Origin: a virus | Reading direction: 5' to 3' (one strand) | Virus record (IMG/VR): IMGVR_UViG_3300045988_127492 | Coordinates: 1-64,000 of that record | Length of the DNA stretch: 64,000 nt | In this document: piece by piece, positions 45,443 to 53,791 of the stretch | Numbering within the stretch: the stretch's first letter is position 1 | Layout: each line of letters begins with the position of its first letter | The notes under the pieces: model-generated | Databases searched by the model: none | What the model saw: only the letters and a program-made list of their open reading frames with translations | Told to the model about the DNA's origin: nothing | Position numbers and translations under genes: made by a program

Positions 45443-47128
45443 ATGGCAACAAAATTACTAGATATTAGTTTCTGGCAGGATACTTTAGATTTTGCCAAAA
45501 TCAAAAAAGCTGGATACGATAATATTATTCTTCGTGCAGGATATGGAACTACTATTGATTCCAAATTCAATGAGTATGCTAATGCTTGTAAAAAAAATAA
45601 CATTAATATTGTAGCTGTATATTGGTTTATATATGCTACAAACACTTCCGAAGTAAAAGCCAATGCAAATAAATGCTTAGAAGTAATTAAAGCATATAAA
45701 CCTAAAATCGTATTCGCCGACTTTGAATATGACACTGTTACGAAGGCTGCTAAGAAAGGTGTAAAACTTGGTGCAAAAGAATGTGATAGTTTTACTATTG
45801 AATTTTGCGAAACAGTTAAAAAAGCAGGATATACTCCAGGATACTATGCCAATACAGATTATTACAAGAATATGTACTCTTCTGTAAAAAACAAAGGTTA
45901 TGTATTCTGGTTAGCTCATTATAAATCAGATTATTCATATCATGAACCACCTATTAAATGTGATTTCTTTCAGTACACAGACAGAGGTACTGTACCTGGT
46001 CTAACAGGTAAAAAATTTGATACTAACGTCTGTTTCTCTGAGAAATATCTCTCTAAAACTTCTTCCACTTCTACAAATAAACCCAACACAAAACCTACAA
46101 CATCCTCTATAACAATTGATCAAGCAATTGATGCTCTTATTGCTACTGCTAGAGCTGAAGTTGGGTATTTAGAGAAAAAATCTAATTCTCAGCTTGATAG
46201 TAAGATTGCGAATGCAGGTTCTGCTAACTATACTAAGTACTGGAGAGACGTAAAACCAGAATGGAATGGATATGCGTGGTGTGCAGCGTTCGTCTCTTGG
46301 CTTATGATGAAAACATTCGGCTTAGAAACAGCTAAAAAGCTTCTTAAACATTGGCCTTATACATACTGTCCAGCTATGAAAGACTATTTCACATTATATG
46401 CAAATCCTCAGCGAGGAGATATTGTAATTTTTTATCGCAAAGGTAAATTTGCTCATACAGGATTAGTTACTAAAGTCGAAGGTGATAAATTCTATACTAT
46501 CGAAGGAAATACTTCTTCAGGATCAGAAATTATCCCAAATGGTGGTGCTGTATGTGCCAAAAGTTATTACAATTCTCAGCTTCCGGGTACAAAGTTCTGT
46601 AGACCGGATTACTCTATTGTCACATCTATTCTGACTTCTAATACCACTTCTAACAGTTCCAATCCAGCCTCAAATCCAGTATACGCAGCATGGGTAGGTT
46701 CTTGTACAGCTAACGGAACAGACGTGTTCTCAGGTGCTACAGGAGCTTCTAAGTTAGCTACATATCCTAAGCTGAACAAGGGAAATCTTGTTGATGTTAT
46801 CGGTGAATCCGGATCAAGATATCAGGTTCGTATCGCGGCAAAATATATCGGCTATGTAGAGAAATCTAACATCAAAAATCCTAATGCTGCTACAACAACT
46901 ACTAAGAAATATCCTTTTGTAGGAAAAGTAACTGCAAATGAACTCAATGTTCGTACTGGTGCAGGTAAAAGCTATAGTAATTTATCAGCTTATCCCATAC
47001 TTAAAATGGACAACTTGGTAGATGTCCTCCGTGCTACAAAAGATACCGCCGGTACAAAGTGGTATAAGATCAAAATTGCAGGTAAATATACTGGTTATGT
47101 TTCCGCTCAGTATATTACTAAGGTATAA
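45443..47128 (+). CDS. Endolysin: GH25 muramidase + CHAP amidase/peptidase + 2x SH3
   Basis: ATG 45443 after AAAGGAGG. LLDISFWQD...ILRAGYG is GH25-like. WCAAFVSW...HTGLV...EGNTS is the CHAP Cys/His. Two SH3_3-like repeats end in ...YIGYVEKSNI and ...YTGYVSAQYI. Confidence 0.85.
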   Translation: MATKLLDISFWQDTLDFAKIKKAGYDNIILRAGYGTTIDSKFNEYANACKKNNINIVAVYWFIYATNTSEVKANANKCLEVIKAYKPKIVFADFEYDTVTKAAKKGVKLGAKECDSFTIEFCETVKKAGYTPGYYANTDYYKNMYSSVKNKGYVFWLAHYKSDYSYHEPPIKCDFFQYTDRGTVPGLTGKKFDTNVCFSEKYLSKTSSTSTNKPNTKPTTSSITIDQAIDALIATARAEVGYLEKKSNSQLDSKIANAGSANYTKYWRDVKPEWNGYAWCAAFVSWLMMKTFGLETAKKLLKHWPYTYCPAMKDYFTLYANPQRGDIVIFYRKGKFAHTGLVTKVEGDKFYTIEGNTSSGSEIIPNGGAVCAKSYYNSQLPGTKFCRPDYSIVTSILTSNTTSNSSNPASNPVYAAWVGSCTANGTDVFSGATGASKLATYPKLNKGNLVDVIGESGSRYQVRIAAKYIGYVEKSNIKNPNAATTTTKKYPFVGKVTANELNVRTGAGKSYSNLSAYPILKMDNLVDVLRATKDTAGTKWYKIKIAGKYTGYVSAQYITKV

Positions 47129-47140
47129 AGGAGGCACAAC

Positions 47141-47689
47141 ATGGGAATAGAGCAAATTCAGAAAATCCATGAGTTTGGTGAGATAAATGTTGTCATTGTT
47201 GTGCTTCTTGTTGCTGCATTAGTTATTGCTCTTAAAGCTGGTTGGGAAAAGTTATTAGATGCACTTGGACTTGAAACTAAGTCTTCTCTGGAGAAGAAAG
47301 CTCTGGAAACTAAGATAGCTGAACTTGAAAAAAAGATTGCAGATTTTGAACAAAGTCAGCACACATACCATGATCAGTCTATCAGTATTAGAGATGATCT
47401 AAAGACAAATCAATCTACTCTAAGTGCTCAACTTACTGATCTGACGAACTTAATGCAAAACTTTATTCACAACCAAGATGAATGTACTGTAGCATCATTT
47501 AGAAGTTCTCTCTGGAGAATGCATAGAGATTTTATGTCTCAGGGATATATTACACCAGATGGATTAAAAACATTTCTGGAAATGGGGAAATTGTACGAGA
47601 AGGCCGGTGGAAATGATATTTATCATGAGAAGCTTCTTCCTGATATTGAATCATTGGAGGTTAGATATACAAAAGACAGTGTACTATAG
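47141..47689 (+). CDS. Membrane-anchored coiled-coil protein (lysis accessory / holin candidate)
   Basis: RBS AAAGGAGG. N-terminal TM helix VVIVVLLVAALVIAL, then a heptad-rich region. Lies immediately after the endolysin. Confidence 0.4.
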   Translation: MGIEQIQKIHEFGEINVVIVVLLVAALVIALKAGWEKLLDALGLETKSSLEKKALETKIAELEKKIADFEQSQHTYHDQSISIRDDLKTNQSTLSAQLTDLTNLMQNFIHNQDECTVASFRSSLWRMHRDFMSQGYITPDGLKTFLEMGKLYEKAGGNDIYHEKLLPDIESLEVRYTKDSVL

Positions 47690-47706
47690 GGAGATTATGT
47701 GCTAAA

Positions 47707-47940
47707 ATGAAAAAGTATACAAACGAATCAAAGCGAAATGATTATAAATGGTTCACACTTCATAAAGAAGATTTGTACAATAGATACGGACATAAATACA
47801 TTGCTATTCGTAATAAGCGTATACTTGGAGCTTTTAGTAATTCATATGATGCATATACATCTATTAAACCATCAGGAACATATTCTGTATATGAATTACT
47901 TGATCCTAAAGAACCAATAAAAATTTATATTCCGCAGTAA
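47707..47940 (+). CDS. Small protein (77 aa), DUF5678-like pattern
   Basis: NDYKWFTLHKEDLYNRYGHKYIAIRNKRILG resembles the W..n...L...Y.gKwVAI motif I recall for DUF5678 (unverified). It ends 10 nt before the protease gene. Confidence 0.45.
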   Translation: MKKYTNESKRNDYKWFTLHKEDLYNRYGHKYIAIRNKRILGAFSNSYDAYTSIKPSGTYSVYELLDPKEPIKIYIPQ

Positions 47941-47950
47941 GAGAGACATT

Positions 47951-48415
47951 ATGAAAGCCAAATCGTTTACATATATCACAAGAGAAAAACCACGACAATT
48001 GATAACTATAGTAAAAATACATTCAAAATATGCCAAACAGTATAATGATATTAATAAGCCATGGAGAGCTTTATGGGATACTGGAGCAACAAATTCATGT
48101 ATTTCATCTAATGTTGTTAATTATTTAAATTTAGAAGTAAATGATTCTGCTTCGATTCAAACCGCTGGTGGGATTTATCATACCAAACAATATCTTATAG
48201 ATGTTGAACTAACAAATGGTGTAATTATAGAGGATATTCCTATGTTTAATGCTGAATTAGACGGTTATGACATGTTAATAGGAATGGATATAATATGTCA
48301 AGGTGATTTTTCTATTACTTCATCAAATAGTCTTACAAAATTCTCATTTCGAATACCGCATAAGAAACATGTGGATTATTCAATTAATGAGAAGAAAGCT
48401 TCTTTAAAATTGTAA
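47951..48415 (+). CDS. Retropepsin-like (clan AA) aspartic protease
   Basis: Catalytic signature ALWDTGATNSCIS (hydrophobic-D-T-G-A) plus downstream MLIGMDII, as in retroviral-type single-lobe pepsins. Confidence 0.6.
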   Translation: MKAKSFTYITREKPRQLITIVKIHSKYAKQYNDINKPWRALWDTGATNSCISSNVVNYLNLEVNDSASIQTAGGIYHTKQYLIDVELTNGVIIEDIPMFNAELDGYDMLIGMDIICQGDFSITSSNSLTKFSFRIPHKKHVDYSINEKKASLKL

Positions 48416-48422
48416 AGTTTAT

Positions 48423-48458
48423 GGGTAGTCAGGCGTTATGCTTGGCTACCCATTTTTT
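48423..48458 (+). terminator. Rho-independent terminator ending the late/lysis operon
   Basis: GGGTAGTCAGG-CGTTATG-CTTGGCTACCC followed by ATTTTTTT. Confidence 0.65.
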
Positions 48459-48497
48459 TACTTTTATGTTATACTACTCTCTCAGAGAGGTGAACAA

Positions 48498-48701
48498 ATG
48501 AAAAGATATGAATATAAACCAGGCTTCTGCAAGCTGCTCCACTATAACGGATTATGGAGAGTTGAATGTCAATGAGTACCTGGACATTTCAGAAAAGTGA
48601 AGATGGTCTGTCCATGTATCAAAGACGGATGTGGTCAGGATTGTGAAGTGTTTGAAACTGTAGCTGATGTTAAGGATCCGAGTATGGAATGGCATATGTG
48701 A
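48498..48701 (+). pseudogene. Cys-rich small ORF interrupted by one in-frame TGA (codon 26)
   Basis: RBS GAGAGGTGA. Reads MKRYEYKPGFCKLLHYNGLWRVECQ-[TGA 48573-48575]-VPGHFRKVKMVCPCIKDGCGQDCEVFETVADVKDPSMEWHM. The local sequence is visibly less AT-rich than the rest of the window. Confidence 0.25.
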
Positions 48702-48857
48702 AACGAATCGGGAGATATGATTGGATGAGTCCGTTTTTCGTCGATTTATTTCGATAAATATTTAGTATTTGCGACCAATTTCCGACAAAATTTCCTTCTT
48801 AAATAATGTATAGTAAACGTACATTATATATCGAATTTAGAGGAGGAAACATGAATT

Positions 48858-49139
48858 ATGGTGAATTACGGTAACGCAGATTTTATTTATGACCTTATGA
48901 CAGGAGTATATAATCGAAGGATTATAAAAGATTCTTTAAAGGATATTGTTCCGGAAGATAAACTTTTCGAGAGTGCCATGGGTGAGATATACGAAGCCAG
49001 GATTCGGATCTGCGATAAGATGGGATTAGAGTTGGATGAAAATACAGATCTGAATATCATCACGGACAATTATTCCGCGCTCTGTAGATATCTCTGCCGC
49101 AAAATGTTCTTATACGGTACAAACCTGCAGAAAATATAA
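48858..49139 (+). CDS. Hypothetical protein (93 aa)
   Basis: RBS GAGGAGGAAA. No recognisable motif. Followed by a hairpin terminator. Confidence 0.45.
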   Translation: MVNYGNADFIYDLMTGVYNRRIIKDSLKDIVPEDKLFESAMGEIYEARIRICDKMGLELDENTDLNIITDNYSALCRYLCRKMFLYGTNLQKI

Positions 49140-49186
49140 TTATTTAGTACATACACACTTATTCAGGCGTAAAATTTAAACGAACT

Positions 49187-49230
49187 AAAAAGGACAGTCG
49201 AGCGTAATACTCTTCTGTCCTTTGTTTTTA
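49187..49230 (+). terminator. Rho-independent terminator
   Basis: AAAAAGGACAG...(17-nt loop)...CTGTCCTTT followed by GTTTTT. Confidence 0.5.
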
Positions 49231-49299
49231 CCGGAATGTTGCTATCAATATATCATCTACCTCCTCTGATAGTTATTTTTAGGAAAATCTTCTCATTGT

Positions 49300-49567
49300 A
49301 CTGCTTGATTTGTTGACACCATCTGTACACCATTTTGGTGTCAGGTTACGTGAAGATATAATACAATACGTGAATATCAATTCCTTAAATTCAATAGTTG
49401 ATGCTGAAAAGTGGATATGTTACTACGATCTAAAAAACGCTTGTATGAATGTCTTCTACTTATATTTTATTCTGCATAATGCTTGAAGCGCATGGATATG
49501 TAATGACCTGAGATGTGTTTTACACCATTTTTACACCGTTTAATTAAGATAAGCAATTATGAGGCAT
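49300..49567. other. Candidate attP region with arm-type repeats
   Basis: Noncoding stretch abutting the int 3' end. TACACC(A/G)TT occurs at 49326, 49521 and 49532. Inverted repeat TGACACCA 49314-49321 / TGGTGTCA 49336-49343. Direct repeat TACGTGAA at 49347 and 49367. Confidence 0.35.
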
Positions 49568-50746
49568 TTAGAAGTCTGTAATAGATACCATCATGTTTTC
49601 AAGTAATTTGATATCCGAATTTTTTTTATCTTCTAAAACATCAGTATAAATATCCATTGTCATTTTTAAGGAAGAGTGCCCAAGATATGCCTGTACTGTC
49701 TTAGGTGGAACACCTGCTTCAAAGCAACGTGTAGCAAATGTGTGTCTAAATGTATGAGTAGTAAAATATGGCATAGGCACTTGATTATTTTTTTTTCGTT
49801 CTTCATTAACCTTATTTATTACTCTTTTTATATTGTTTGTGTATGTAGTTGGATGTATTGGACCATTTAAACTTGAAACAAATAATAGATTTCCGACTAT
49901 ATCTTGGTGTTTTGGAGGATACGGGAGTTGTTGAACCTGTTTCATTTGATCTTGAACTGCTTTCCTGCAAATACTATTCATTGGAACTTGGCGGAAACTT
50001 GCTTTTGTTTTTGGTGGATGAATTTCAAATTCTGTAGTTCCGTTTTTACTTAAATATACAATAGTTTTGTTTACATCAATTACATTGTTTGCAAAATCAA
50101 TATCTTCAAATGTTAGTGAACATAATTCACCACAACGTAACCCTGTATTAATTGCTACAACAAATAAGTTATAATAAAAACTTTCTTTAGCAGCTTGGAA
50201 AAAGTCTTTTTGTTCTTTTACAGGTAAAACATATGTGCGTTGCGATTTTGTACCAGTTACTTTAATTCCTCTAACTGGATTCTGACGACATAAATTATTA
50301 TCTATTGCGTAACTAAACATATTAAATAATTCTGATCTTATATATTCAACACGACTTTTAGACATATTTTTTCCTAAAGTGTTAAAAAAATCTGTTATCA
50401 TTATATTTGTTATAGAAGTTAATGGTGTATTTCCAAAAACTGGCTCAATATGATGTTTGTATGTAGATTTTAATGAAAATATAGATGAAGAACGTAATGT
50501 AGGTTCTTTATACACTCTCATCCATTTTTCATACCACTGCCCCAGCGTCATATTTGGATTAGCTACATTATTCATATTATAGTCATCGACAACCTCAGTC
50601 ATCAAAGCATTTTTAACTTCTTTCAAAGTCTTTCCATACACACATTCACGTTTCCCGAACCTATTTACAAATCGGGCTTGATATCTACCGTCCTTTCTCT
50701 GTGTGATACCTTTTCCAAGTTCTTTACCTTTTAAATCTTTTCCCAT
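49568..50746 (-). CDS. int: Tyrosine recombinase / phage integrase
   Basis: 392 aa. C-terminal catalytic signature ...HTFRHTFATR...LGHSSLKMTMDIYT (R-H-R-Y family). The N-terminus has a SAM-like/arm-binding region. Confidence 0.9.
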   Translation of the reverse strand: MGKDLKGKELGKGITQRKDGRYQARFVNRFGKRECVYGKTLKEVKNALMTEVVDDYNMNNVANPNMTLGQWYEKWMRVYKEPTLRSSSIFSLKSTYKHHIEPVFGNTPLTSITNIMITDFFNTLGKNMSKSRVEYIRSELFNMFSYAIDNNLCRQNPVRGIKVTGTKSQRTYVLPVKEQKDFFQAAKESFYYNLFVVAINTGLRCGELCSLTFEDIDFANNVIDVNKTIVYLSKNGTTEFEIHPPKTKASFRQVPMNSICRKAVQDQMKQVQQLPYPPKHQDIVGNLLFVSSLNGPIHPTTYTNNIKRVINKVNEERKKNNQVPMPYFTTHTFRHTFATRCFEAGVPPKTVQAYLGHSSLKMTMDIYTDVLEDKKNSDIKLLENMMVSITDF

Positions 50747-50762
50747 TATACATCATCCTTTC

Positions 50763-50816
50763 GTCCGTATGTACAATGAGAGACTTTCCCACATTTATCA
50801 TATCATACATACGGAC
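50763..50816 (-). promoter_or_regulatory. 11-bp perfect inverted repeat between xis and int
   Basis: GTCCGTATGTA 50763-50773 and TACATACGGAC 50806-50816 with a 32-nt spacer. On the minus-strand RNA the stem ends directly at the int RBS (GAAAGGATGA). Confidence 0.35.
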
Positions 50817-50825
50817 TTCTTTCAA

Positions 50826-51023
50826 TCATAGATAGACAATACTATCTAGGTATTTCTCAAATCTTTGACGCTTTATTAAACATCTGTTCCCGGAATACAT
50901 TACGAATGTACATCCAGGCTCTTTTACAAGCTCACGAAGCTTGTTCTTTCCTATATTAAAGTATTGAGCAGCCTCATCTATGGTCAGAGCATATTTCTCA
51001 GACAGCTGTATCATTTTGATCAC
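50826..51023 (-). CDS. xis: Excisionase-family DNA-binding protein
   Basis: 65 aa. LTIDEAAQYFNIGKNKLRELV is a MerR/excisionase-type HTH. Lies immediately upstream of int on the same strand. Confidence 0.65.
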   Translation of the reverse strand: MIKMIQLSEKYALTIDEAAQYFNIGKNKLRELVKEPGCTFVMYSGNRCLIKRQRFEKYLDSIVYL

Positions 51024-51552
51024 ACTCTTCTAGTTTTACATAAGAAAGTACTATATGAGCCAATGCCTTAGGAGTAGCTGTATATCCCTGATTTTCTATC
51101 ACATAGTCTACTTCATCCTCAATCCCATCAAACTGCCCCACGTCAGACAAATTTCTTCTGTAGGCTTCCTCAATATCATCACCACGCTCCAGAATTTTAA
51201 TAAACCTGTCTCTTCGAGGAACATCAATATAAAAAGACACAATATTTAAATCTTCATTCTTTTTTAATTGTCTAAGCCCATGAGGAGTTAGTACAACTAC
51301 TTTATCATTAGTACAATCTTTTTTAGCTGTTCCATACTGCCAGTCTCTATAAGAAGCATGTTCTGCAAACATGCCTCTTTCTTTCATGGAGTTAAATTGT
51401 TCCTCTGTAACAAAATGGTATGTCTCTCCGTCTATATCTTCTTTTCTCATAGGTCTAGTAGTATATGTAACTATTTTGTTATATCCCATAGTCACGAGTT
51501 CTTTTTCAATGGAAGATTTACCAGATGCTGATTCTCCTACAAGTACAATCAT
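50998..51552 (-). CDS. Guanylate-kinase-like nucleoside monophosphate kinase
   Basis: ATG 51552 after AAGGAGATGG overlaps the upstream stop (ATGA). P-loop GESASGKSS and YTTRPMR..E.DG..YHFV, a GMP-kinase signature. Confidence 0.65.
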   Translation of the reverse strand: MIVLVGESASGKSSIEKELVTMGYNKIVTYTTRPMRKEDIDGETYHFVTEEQFNSMKERGMFAEHASYRDWQYGTAKKDCTNDKVVVLTPHGLRQLKKNEDLNIVSFYIDVPRRDRFIKILERGDDIEEAYRRNLSDVGQFDGIEDEVDYVIENQGYTATPKALAHIVLSYVKLEECDQNDTAV

Positions 51553-52235
51553 GCTGCCACCATCTCCTTCTTCGTATAAGTAATTAAATCTTCTGCATAT
51601 GGCAAAGTTAAAATCCAATCACAGAATGTATGCCATTCACTTAATTTATGAGCTTTTCTGTCAAAATACATAGCACGTAGATTCTCATAACTAAAAGTTA
51701 ATGTTCGTGTCTGTAACCAACCATCAGGGAGCCAACGTACTAAAGCCTTCCAATAACGTTTATCTTTAGTTTCAAGAAACTTTTGTCTATAATACTCACA
51801 TTTATTAATAATATCTGTTGGATCCTCAATCTCAGGATCAAAGTCATCAGTTTCAAAGCACTCTAAAGTAATAGGTGTACTAGCAAGTTTATGCATTGTA
51901 CTGGAACTATTCGCTACAGTTCCTACTTTATATGTATCATATTCTTTCCACCAGTAGAGAGGACCTGTAACCGTGACACACACAAGAATCTGTCTCATAA
52001 ATTTTCTATGTGTCGAACCAGCATTAATAAGCCTCTGACATAAATCCATATCATTTGGACCAATAATGTAATCCACCATTCCACACTGATCGTAAGATCC
52101 ATTATCAAATGGACAATCAGCACAATCAGCAAGCATACAGTCAACACTATCACTCTTAGCATGAGACATCATAGGCAATCTCATTCCATAAAGTGCTTCT
52201 TCAAAGTTATATACATGTGTTCTTTCAAATTTCAT
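51549..52235 (-). CDS. ThyX-like (flavin-dependent thymidylate-synthase-like) protein, divergent
   Basis: HRKFMRQILVCVTVTGPLYWWKEYDTYKVGTVANSSSTMH aligns by eye to the ThyX core (H.S.lEH..f.F.i...SR....ql.RHR......S.RY), but the RHR / S-R-Y residues are replaced. Tentative. Confidence 0.3.
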   Translation of the reverse strand: MKFERTHVYNFEEALYGMRLPMMSHAKSDSVDCMLADCADCPFDNGSYDQCGMVDYIIGPNDMDLCQRLINAGSTHRKFMRQILVCVTVTGPLYWWKEYDTYKVGTVANSSSTMHKLASTPITLECFETDDFDPEIEDPTDIINKCEYYRQKFLETKDKRYWKALVRWLPDGWLQTRTLTFSYENLRAMYFDRKAHKLSEWHTFCDWILTLPYAEDLITYTKKEMVAA

Positions 52236-52238
52236 ACG

Positions 52239-52466
52239 TTAAACCCTCCAATAGCCAATCTCATCACAAAAAGCATCTACTTCTTTAGTTGGTCCTAAGA
52301 CATTAACTTCCATCTCTTTGGGCAGTCCCAAGGACAACACACCTAAAACAGACTTCATGTCAATGATGTATCTACCAACTTTTGCATCTATATCACAGTT
52401 CTTATATTTATTTGCTATAGAAACTATCTTTGTAGCATCTGATGAATCATTTAGTCGAATTTTCAT
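52239..52466 (-). CDS. HPr-domain-like small protein (75 aa)
   Basis: ATG 52466 after GAAAGGATAA. ...DATKIVSIANKYKNCDIDAKVGRYIIDMKSVLGVLSLGLPKEMEVNVLG... follows the HPr fold pattern but lacks the phospho-His context. Confidence 0.35.
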   Translation of the reverse strand: MKIRLNDSSDATKIVSIANKYKNCDIDAKVGRYIIDMKSVLGVLSLGLPKEMEVNVLGPTKEVDAFCDEIGYWRV

Positions 52467-52586
52467 ATTTATCCTTTCTTTTTGTCGAATAAAATGATAT
52501 AGTGCGTATGGTTGTTCTGTATACTTCATTAACACACAACCAACACACATTTTTCTTAGAGGTACTATATTAGTACCTCTATTTTT

Positions 52587-53102
52587 TTATTTCCCAGTAC
52601 TTCCAAATCCACCATTACGAGTTTCTTCAGTCTTATCATCTTCTGTAATTCCATAAGGTAAGAAAATCCCCTGACAGAAGCCATCACCTTTAGCTACTTT
52701 CATAGTCTTAGCACCCTCATTAGTTAATTTGACCATGATGTGTCCTTCATTGTCTGAGTAGAAATAATCGCTATCAATAATTCCTACAGTGTTTTCGAGT
52801 CTTACTCTATATTTGAATCCAAGCCCACTTCTTGGGAAAAGCATCAGAACCCAATCATCATTCATGCCACAACGAATACCTGTCGGAATCTTAATTGTTT
52901 CTCCTGGTTCTAACACAAACGACAGTGGAGAATAGAAATCATAACCAGCACTACCCTTAGTCGCTCTCTGAGGAAGTTCAATAGGGTAATATGCATCTTT
53001 AATTGATTTATCAGTAATCATTGATGGCTTACCGAATGAATCTTTCCATGCTGCTTCAAACTGTTCATAAGATACCTTTTCAAATTTTGCTACTCTTTTC
53101 AT
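52587..53102 (-). CDS. dut: dUTP diphosphatase (trimeric dUTPase family)
   Basis: Motifs GSAGYDF, PRSGLG, GIIDSDY and RNGGFGSTG. Confidence 0.8.
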   Translation of the reverse strand: MKRVAKFEKVSYEQFEAAWKDSFGKPSMITDKSIKDAYYPIELPQRATKGSAGYDFYSPLSFVLEPGETIKIPTGIRCGMNDDWVLMLFPRSGLGFKYRVRLENTVGIIDSDYFYSDNEGHIMVKLTNEGAKTMKVAKGDGFCQGIFLPYGITEDDKTEETRNGGFGSTGK

Positions 53103-53791
53103 TTACAAATCTCCTTTTTTAAATACTCAATATATTTATCCCACTCACCTAATGAGTAGATATATTCTTTAGTTCTCAGACACTTTTTCTTCATATCTTT
53201 TTTCAAGTCAATTGATCTATATTGCTTACTTTTTTGAAGTTTATTGCTCAAAAAAGCGTCAGTTACCCTAGAGACTAACAAGTAATCCTTGTTGTCCATA
53301 GAATCCAAAATGGCATTGTATTTTGTTAAATCTTCCTCAGGAATAGGGTAATCATATTTGGGTAAGTTCTTAGTCGAGAAAGGACTAATATCAGATCCTG
53401 CAGTTGCAGGTTTGAGAAAAGATGCTATGTACTCTAGCTTACGAGCATGGAATTTAAATTCTATCTCTTTATCATTCTCCATAATACTTCGCACAGTACC
53501 TTCATCTTCAAGTGCTTTATATAGTTCTGTATAAGTTTTATACTCCGGTAATCCTACATCTTTAGCTATAGCTTTTAAAATATTATGCCCTCTTCCTATA
53601 GATGGAATATAAGCTACAAGAGTAGAAAAACCATAATGATATATTTGGGCACCTCCATAACATTTGATGTAAATATCATCAAAACTTGGGTCTATTCCTC
53701 CAGAATCATCTCTGGGGTAATCATTAGTACTTTGATCTATTTCGGCTTTTAGCCTGTATGTACCTTTATATTTCATTAAATATTTTGACAT
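53099..53791 (-). CDS. Hypothetical protein (230 aa)
   Basis: Overlaps both neighbours, consistent with operon coupling. No motif recognised. Confidence 0.5.
   Translation of the reverse strand: MSKYLMKYKGTYRLKAEIDQSTNDYPRDDSGGIDPSFDDIYIKCYGGAQIYHYGFSTLVAYIPSIGRGHNILKAIAKDVGLPEYKTYTELYKALEDEGTVRSIMENDKEIEFKFHARKLEYIASFLKPATAGSDISPFSTKNLPKYDYPIPEEDLTKYNAILDSMDNKDYLLVSRVTDAFLSNKLQKSKQYRSIDLKKDMKKKCLRTKEYIYSLGEWDKYIEYLKKEICK

Noticed and set aside
45307-45735. 142-aa minus-strand ORF spanning the GIY-YIG/endolysin junction, and the N-terminal extension 45347-45442 of the endolysin ORF
   Set aside because: Both overlap better-supported genes. The endolysin has a clear RBS and ATG at 45443, immediately after the GIY-YIG stop.
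48480-49560. Search for a tRNA gene or tRNA fragment as the integration core, and for CRISPR-like repeats
   Set aside because: I could not fold a cloverleaf by eye. The repeats are short, irregularly spaced, arm-type-like motifs rather than a repeat-spacer array. A proper tRNAscan or attB search is still needed.
52557-52589. Hairpin TAGAGGTACTA/TAGTACCTCTA between dut and the HPr-like gene as a minus-strand terminator
   Set aside because: The T-run follows it only on the plus strand, while the genes here run on the minus strand. It may block antisense transcription, but it is not a convincing operon terminator.
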